From Polyangiales bacterium (GTDB lineage: Bacteria > Myxococcota_A > Polyangia > Polyangiales > Houyiibacteriaceae), in contig JBGCFM010000005.1 in assembly GCA_045106895.1 (NCBI GenBank), positions 1 to 50,779 on the forward strand: a stretch of 50,779 nt of DNA. Direction: 5' to 3'. Every line of letters begins with the position of its first letter. The first letter of the stretch is position 1. The position numbers were made by a program, and so were the translations under genes. Positions 45,610 through 50,779 of the stretch are shown piece after piece. The notes beneath the pieces were generated by a model, which was not told the origin of the DNA, made no database searches, and saw only the letters and a program-made list of their open reading frames with translations.

Positions 45610-45672
45610 GGCGCAGGGCTTACCCCATAGGCGCTCAGGGCTCAACGGGCTTCGTAGTCCCCCATTTGGGCC

Positions 45673-46545
45673 CTACTCCTCGGGTTCAGAGCGGTAGATC
45701 ACCACGCCGACGTTTTCAGCGATGGTCGGAAGTGGGACGACGGCGTAGCCGTACCACTGGCGAAACATGTGCGTTTCGCCCGTAAACCCGCCGGCGCTTC
45801 GCGCAAAGCCGGCGCTTCGTGTCTCTGCCGTCGGCACCTCCCCAACGATCTCCGTTGGCGCGTTTGGCGACGGGATGAGTTCGTCTCCATCGTAAAGCGA
45901 TACCCACAGAACCATTCCCTCGTTGATCTCCTCGGCGAGTTCCACGCGGAGCTGCCGGCTGAGGCGTTGGGCCTCCCGCCAGAGCGGAATGCCCGCGAGC
46001 GTCGCGCCGACGATGGTTCCACCCTCGTTGTAAATCGGTGCTGCGAAGAGCATCGAATGACTCGTTCCGCCCTCCTCTTCCGACCCGAACTGACCGAGCT
46101 CGTAGCCAACTTCGCCGGCGAGGGCGTTTTGAACGACCTCGAAGCGTTCGGACAGGTTCTGACCCTTCATGCGGTCGTGCTCTGCTTGTCCGTCGCGACA
46201 CACGACGACGCCTTCGGCATCGATGACGGCGAGAAACGAGATCGGCGAAGCGATGAACTCGGGAATGCCGCGAGGTGGTTCCTGAACAAGCGTGAGCGCC
46301 CGACGCATCTGGCGCTCGCGGGATTCTGGGTCCTCCACTCGAAACCCAGGAGCGAGGCGAGCGGCTGCTGCAATGACGCCCGTGCGCGTACGCTGGCGGT
46401 CGAGGTTCACCACCTCTTTTGCTCGAGGTACGTGCGTCTCCAGAAGCGCATGCTGCGCTTGAGGCGCGCCCTCGGGGCCGCAGGCGCACAAAACGAGGGC
46501 GCCGAGCACGAGAAGATGAGCGGAAGTGTACGTGGGGAGTTTCAT
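45673..46545 (-). CDS. Lipoprotein with a stand-alone Cache-like domain
   Basis: LCA|C lipobox; FLAVIDAEGVVV, VVQNALAG, FAAPIYNEGGTIVG. Start ATG 46545. Confidence 0.55.
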   Translation of the reverse strand: MKLPTYTSAHLLVLGALVLCACGPEGAPQAQHALLETHVPRAKEVVNLDRQRTRTGVIAAAARLAPGFRVEDPESRERQMRRALTLVQEPPRGIPEFIASPISFLAVIDAEGVVVCRDGQAEHDRMKGQNLSERFEVVQNALAGEVGYELGQFGSEEEGGTSHSMLFAAPIYNEGGTIVGATLAGIPLWREAQRLSRQLRVELAEEINEGMVLWVSLYDGDELIPSPNAPTEIVGEVPTAETRSAGFARSAGGFTGETHMFRQWYGYAVVPLPTIAENVGVVIYRSEPEE

Positions 46546-46642
46546 AGGCTTCTTTGCGGACACCAAGAACGCGCGTTGGTTCCCCTTCGCCGTTCTTCTT
46601 TTCGTAGAGCTCCGACTCTTAGCATCGAACCCGCTCGAGAAT

Positions 46643-47128
46643 CTACGTGGCCAGAGCGAGTCGAAGCCGAAGACCCAGTTCGGTGGTGTAGCCGACGCAA
46701 ACATCGCGAATCTCGCCCTCCGTGCTGATGACGTAGGTCGTTGGATACGCGGCGACCCCCCAAGTCCGTGCACTTCCCCCACGATCGACCACCACACTGT
46801 CGACGCTCTTGTTTTCTGCACTCAGCCAAGCTCGAACGTCCGCCACCGAGCCGCTCGCGCTCGCGACCATCGTCGCTTCACCCTCATCGAAGGCCCGAAT
46901 ATTGTGTTCCATTGCGTGACAGACGCCGCACCAGGTCGCCCAAAAGTGCACCAGCCGCGGCCCTTCTCTTGGAGGTAGTGCTGCACTGAGCGAGATGACG
47001 TCGAGCTCCGGTGCCGCTCCTCGGCGAGCGCCGTAGCCCTGGTAGAGCTGAACCCCCGCCAGGGCGCCACCGAAAGCCACCCCCTTGAGGAACTCGCGAC
47101 GCCCGGAGGGCTTCGCTTTCTGGGTCAT
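46643..47128 (-). CDS. TlpA/redoxin-family thiol-disulfide oxidoreductase
   Basis: VHFWATWCGVC and WGVAAYPTTYVI; N-terminal GRREFLKG. Start ATG 47128 overlaps the mscS stop. Confidence 0.85.
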   Translation of the reverse strand: MTQKAKPSGRREFLKGVAFGGALAGVQLYQGYGARRGAAPELDVISLSAALPPREGPRLVHFWATWCGVCHAMEHNIRAFDEGEATMVASASGSVADVRAWLSAENKSVDSVVVDRGGSARTWGVAAYPTTYVISTEGEIRDVCVGYTTELGLRLRLALAT

Positions 47129-48777
47129 TCCCCCGCCGCGGGCCAAAACCCGCTGGTGATGTCCCCGCTGTCGGCGGTGCTTCGCTCGCCTTTCGGACCA
47201 AAGCCCCCAGCAATCTTCGCGAGCTCCTTGCGCGATGGAGTGTTCTTGTCCTTCGCGTCGCCCTTCTCGATGTGGAGCGTCTGAGTTGGGTAGGCGAACT
47301 CCACGCCGAGGGCGCCGGCAAGCCGGAGGATCTCCAGAAAGACGTTTTGACGGGCCTTGAGCTCGGCGGTCCACGAGTCGACGTCGAAGAAGAAGTACGC
47401 GAGGACCTCCAAGGCGGAGGCACCGAAATCGCGAAAGTGCACTTCGTAGGCGTCTTGGCGAACGTCGGGGTTGGCCTTCAGAATCGCACGCACGCCTTCC
47501 ACAAAAGCCTGAATCTGATCCGGCGTCGCGTCATAGGTGATGCCCAAGGTGATGTTGCAGCGACGGAAACGCCGCTGTCCATAGTTGTCGACGGCTGCAT
47601 TGGCGACGACGGAGTTCGGGATGCTGATGACCGACTCGTAGAACGTTCGAATCCGCGTCGACCGCATACCCACCTCTTCGACGACGCCCTCTTTGCCCTC
47701 GATGTCGACCCAGTCACCGACTTGAAATGGTTGGTCAGCGAAGATGCTGATGCTGCCGAAGAGATTCGCGACGGTGTCTTTCGCGGCCAAGGTAAACGCC
47801 AAACCACCGAGGGAGGCACCGGCGATGAGCGAGGCCACGTCGACGTCCAGGTTTTGCAGGACGAAGATGATACCGACGGCGGCGACGAAGACCTTCAAGG
47901 CCTTACGAATCAGTGGCACAAGCTGGTCGTCAAGCTTGGTCTCAGTGTCTTCTGCGCGTCGCGCGAAGAGGTCTGCCCCAAGGTCGACGAGTCGGTAGGC
48001 AATGAGCACGACGGACGCTGCGGACATGACTCGAAGCCCGATGCCCAGGACTTGGTTGACGCGTACGCTGAAGCGCAGCAGCGGAAAGACCCACCACAGA
48101 ACGGCCGCGAGGGCCAGCGTTCCAACGGGCATGCCGACGCGACGGAGGCTCTCTTTGCCGGTGTTCTGGTTTAGACGTGCAAAGAGTCGGACGCCTTGTC
48201 CAACCACCACACGAACCACGAGGTAACGAACGAGGAGGCCGAGAAGGATGGCGAAGAACACGCCAAGCAGCTGCCAAATGCTGATCCCCGGAAGAATTGG
48301 GGCACGCATCCAAGCTGGGAAGGACTCGACGATGGCTTCCACATCGAAGGAAAACGTATCCGCGTAGAGCCCTTCGATCAGGGCTACGCTCGCAGCGGAA
48401 ATCTGCCAATCCCCCCCCTCGGCTTTGACGAGGTACACCTCTGAGAGCCGGCGAGACAGCTCCACCCGGCCATCGTCGTCATCTTCCAAGTCCGCCGTCG
48501 CCGGCAAAGTGTCCATGTCGATATAGAGCCCGCGCTGGTCGAGCACGGCTTTGAGGCGGCGCGCCAGCGTCTCTCTCGCTTCAGGCGCCGTTCCCGTCCA
48601 GTCGAAGCAACGTATCGCGGCGCTGGGATCCTCTTCGCCTGCCTGAAGGTTGTCGAGGAACGTGGAGGCTGCGGCTCGCGGCGTCGCGCAAGAGTTCTCT
48701 TGTGCGGAAGCCGTCGCTTGGAAAGACGCGAGAAGGGTCACCAGAACTAAGGCTGAGAATACGTTTCGGCGGTTCAC
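47125..48777 (-). CDS. MscS-family mechanosensitive channel with periplasmic N-terminal domain
   Basis: SLIAGASLGGLAFTLAAKDTVANLFGS, DQPFQVGDW, GVVEEVGMRSTRIRT, IPNS, EFAYPT. Confidence 0.92.
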   Translation of the reverse strand: MNRRNVFSALVLVTLLASFQATASAQENSCATPRAAASTFLDNLQAGEEDPSAAIRCFDWTGTAPEARETLARRLKAVLDQRGLYIDMDTLPATADLEDDDDGRVELSRRLSEVYLVKAEGGDWQISAASVALIEGLYADTFSFDVEAIVESFPAWMRAPILPGISIWQLLGVFFAILLGLLVRYLVVRVVVGQGVRLFARLNQNTGKESLRRVGMPVGTLALAAVLWWVFPLLRFSVRVNQVLGIGLRVMSAASVVLIAYRLVDLGADLFARRAEDTETKLDDQLVPLIRKALKVFVAAVGIIFVLQNLDVDVASLIAGASLGGLAFTLAAKDTVANLFGSISIFADQPFQVGDWVDIEGKEGVVEEVGMRSTRIRTFYESVISIPNSVVANAAVDNYGQRRFRRCNITLGITYDATPDQIQAFVEGVRAILKANPDVRQDAYEVHFRDFGASALEVLAYFFFDVDSWTAELKARQNVFLEILRLAGALGVEFAYPTQTLHIEKGDAKDKNTPSRKELAKIAGGFGPKGERSTADSGDITSGFWPAAGE

Positions 48778-48794
48778 GAGCGAATCATATGTCT

Positions 48795-49340
48795 TTAGCT
48801 CGGAGAAGTGGACCGACGTTTCCTAAATCGCTGAACAGCGATGCGAGTTCCGAAGTAGAGCGGAATCGCAAAAAGCACCCCGAGGACAAACGAGCCAAGC
48901 CAAAGCTCACCGCCCATCTCTTTCATGACCTCCCACGCATTGGCCCAGAACTCGGAGGTCCAGATATCCTCGAGAAGGTTCGTCTCCGCGGCCGCTTCGT
49001 TTGCGCTCTCGAGGTCTGCCTGGAGGCGCTCTTGGGCGCCATTTTCTCCGGTGCGCCCGAGGCAGAACGCCCCGACCTTCCAGCAAAACCAGTAAAGTGG
49101 CAGCGCGGTGACGGGGTTTGAGATGAAGAGGACAGGAACTCCGCTGACCTTGTTCGCCCGCAAAAGCGTAGCGAACAGCAGATAGAGCATGATCTGAAGC
49201 CCAATCGTCGGCGTGAATGCGATCACGGTTCCAACGGCGACCCCCCACGCGATTCGGTGCGGGGTGTCCTCGACTCCCAACACACGGTGCACGATGAGCG
49301 CCTTTAGCCGAGCCCAACGAAGGCTAGCCCCTTCGCTCAC
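48795..49340 (-). CDS. DUF2062 membrane protein
   Basis: DTPHRIAWGVAVG...PTIGLQ...RANK...ISNPVT...WKVG...LWLGS. Confidence 0.85.
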   Translation of the reverse strand: MSEGASLRWARLKALIVHRVLGVEDTPHRIAWGVAVGTVIAFTPTIGLQIMLYLLFATLLRANKVSGVPVLFISNPVTALPLYWFCWKVGAFCLGRTGENGAQERLQADLESANEAAAETNLLEDIWTSEFWANAWEVMKEMGGELWLGSFVLGVLFAIPLYFGTRIAVQRFRKRRSTSPS

Positions 49341-49627
49341 CTGCTGTCCTCCACGTTCATCCTTGCTCTCCGTAGCCTCCTCTCGGCAATCGCTCCAGCC
49401 AAAGTGCCCAATCTCTTCGGACGACCCTCAAACCCACGAAACACAGCCAGATTGTGGTATTCCAATGGCTGGATCTTCGAATTAGGCGATCGCAAGTCAA
49501 CTACCTGTGAAGAGTCCTCGATGATTGATATTTTTTGGGTTTTTGCCGTACGGGCACCCGCGATGGGGGCAAGACCCTGGTTTCGCTGGACATTCTTGTC
49601 TAGGCGGACAACGGATGGTTGGACATT

Positions 49628-50779
49628 ATGGTAACGGAAGAACTACGCGTATCAACTGTGGTATCAGCCAGTCCTAATCGCATTTACACCGCGTGGATGG
49701 ATGAGCGGATGCATTCGGCCTTCACGGGGCAAAAAGCCACCGTCGACCACTGGGTCGGTGGGCGTCTGACCGCAGCCGGTGGCTACATCGATGCCACTCA
49801 CGTGCTGCTCGACACGGGCAAGCGCGTCGTTTTGACATGGCGCACGGCGGACTTCCCCCTCGACAGCGCGGACTCCCAAGTCGAGGTGACCTTCGAGCCC
49901 ATCGCCGGCGGCACCAAGATCATCATTCATCAGACAGATATACCGGCGGGCCAGGCTGAGACGTACAAGAAGACGTGGCGGACGGTCTACCTGGAGCCGA
50001 TGAAGAAGTTCTTCTCGAGTCGCAGCGCCGCGAAAAAGGCAATGCTGGACGCGGGGCGACGCGGTGTGCTCCCGGTTCCTGGCGGCGAGCGCAAAGGACG
50101 CCGCCCGATTCTCGGACCGAGGCCGGGTCGCGACGAAAACGGGGTTCTCCTGCCTCAGAAGCCGATCCCTCGTCGGCCGTCCCCGGCGGAAGTGCGCCGA
50201 GCCGCAGCCGCCGCCGCGGCAGCAGAGAAGGCAGCCAAGAAGAAGGCCGCTGAAAAGGAAGCTCGAGAGCGCAAGAAGGCTGCAAAGATCGCCGCAAAGA
50301 GGGCCGCAGCCGAACGTGCCGCTGCTCGAAAAGCGCTTCTCGCCGCGCGAAAGCGTGCCGCAAAGGAGGAAGCGGCCGAAAAGGCAAAGATCGCAAAGAA
50401 GGCCGCTGCGGAGGAAGCGAAGCGCAAGAAGGCCCTCGCTCGAGAAAAGGCTCTCGCCAAGAAGGCCGCGGCAAAACTAGCCGCTGCCAAGAAGAAGGCT
50501 GCGAAACAAGCAGCTCTCGAGAAAAAGCGCGCGAGCGATGCGAAGAAGGCCGCTTCGGCGAAGTTGAAGGCTGAGGCCGCCGCGAAGAAGAAGGCGGCGA
50601 AGGACGCTGCTGCTGCCAAGAAGAAGGCCGCCGCGGACAAGAAGAAGGCCGCCGCGGACAAGAAGAAGGCCGCCGCGGAGAAGAAGAAGGCCGCCGCCGA
50701 GAAGAAGAAGGCCGCCGCCGACAAGAAGAAGGCCGCCGCCGCCAAGAAGAAGTCCGCCGCCGCTAAGAAGAAGGCCGCC
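49628..50779 (+). CDS. AHSA1/SRPBCC domain fused to a long Lys/Ala-rich tail (runs off the right edge)
   Basis: My translation from ATG 49628 is open for 384 codons: ASPNRIYTAWMD...HSAFTG...VLTWRTADFP...DSQVEVTFEP...W..VYLEPMKKFF, then K/A/E repeats. Not in the ORF track. Confidence 0.85.
   Translation, partial: MVTEELRVSTVVSASPNRIYTAWMDERMHSAFTGQKATVDHWVGGRLTAAGGYIDATHVLLDTGKRVVLTWRTADFPLDSADSQVEVTFEPIAGGTKIIIHQTDIPAGQAETYKKTWRTVYLEPMKKFFSSRSAAKKAMLDAGRRGVLPVPGGERKGRRPILGPRPGRDENGVLLPQKPIPRRPSPAEVRRAAAAAAAAEKAAKKKAAEKEARERKKAAKIAAKRAAAERAAARKALLAARKRAAKEEAAEKAKIAKKAAAEEAKRKKALAREKALAKKAAAKLAAAKKKAAKQAALEKKRASDAKKAASAKLKAEAAAKKKAAKDAAAAKKKAAADKKKAAADKKKAAAEKKKAAAEKKKAAADKKKAAAAKKKSAAAKKKAA
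50618..50779 (+). repeat. 21-bp tandem repeat, at least 7.7 copies, encoding KKK[AS]AA[DEA]
   Basis: AAGAAGAAGGCCGCCGCSGAS-type units continuing to the window edge. Confidence 0.95.

Noticed and set aside
50155..50745. Minus-strand Ala/Phe-rich ORF that looks like a membrane protein
   Set aside because: It is the antisense reading of the AAG/GCC repeats of the plus-strand gene.

Overview
High-GC chromosomal DNA whose gene content points to a myxobacterium (Myxococcota, probably Polyangiales/Sandaracinus-like; inferred from Ser/Thr kinase-PEGA, AgmX/PglI domains, a CglB-like vWA lipoprotein, LiuC and myxobacterial pilins). About 47 densely packed CDS are present. Two run off the window edges and are missing from the ORF track: a beta-barrel protein at <1-375 and an AHSA1/SRPBCC protein with a Lys/Ala-rich tail at 49628->50779. 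The clearest non-coding signal is a 28-bp XerC/XerD dif site at 5140-5167, so the window probably spans the replication terminus; KOPS-like octamers found by eye mostly point towards it. Other highlights: yfgM-bamB; an orphan MshEN-type PilB; a coupled five-gene operon ending in a voltage-sensor/CASTOR-pore/tandem-RCK channel; a pilR-pilin cluster with four pilin genes, a sigma54 promoter, a triplicated enhancer-like motif and two 79%-identical tandem PilA paralogues split by a terminator; an exported HEAT plus beta-propeller/AgmX pair; cobA-hemD; clpS-clpA-PLD-aat; and recurrent leaderless-type promoters. No tRNA, rRNA, CRISPR array, transposase or prophage was seen. All calls come from reading the sequence, with no database searches.
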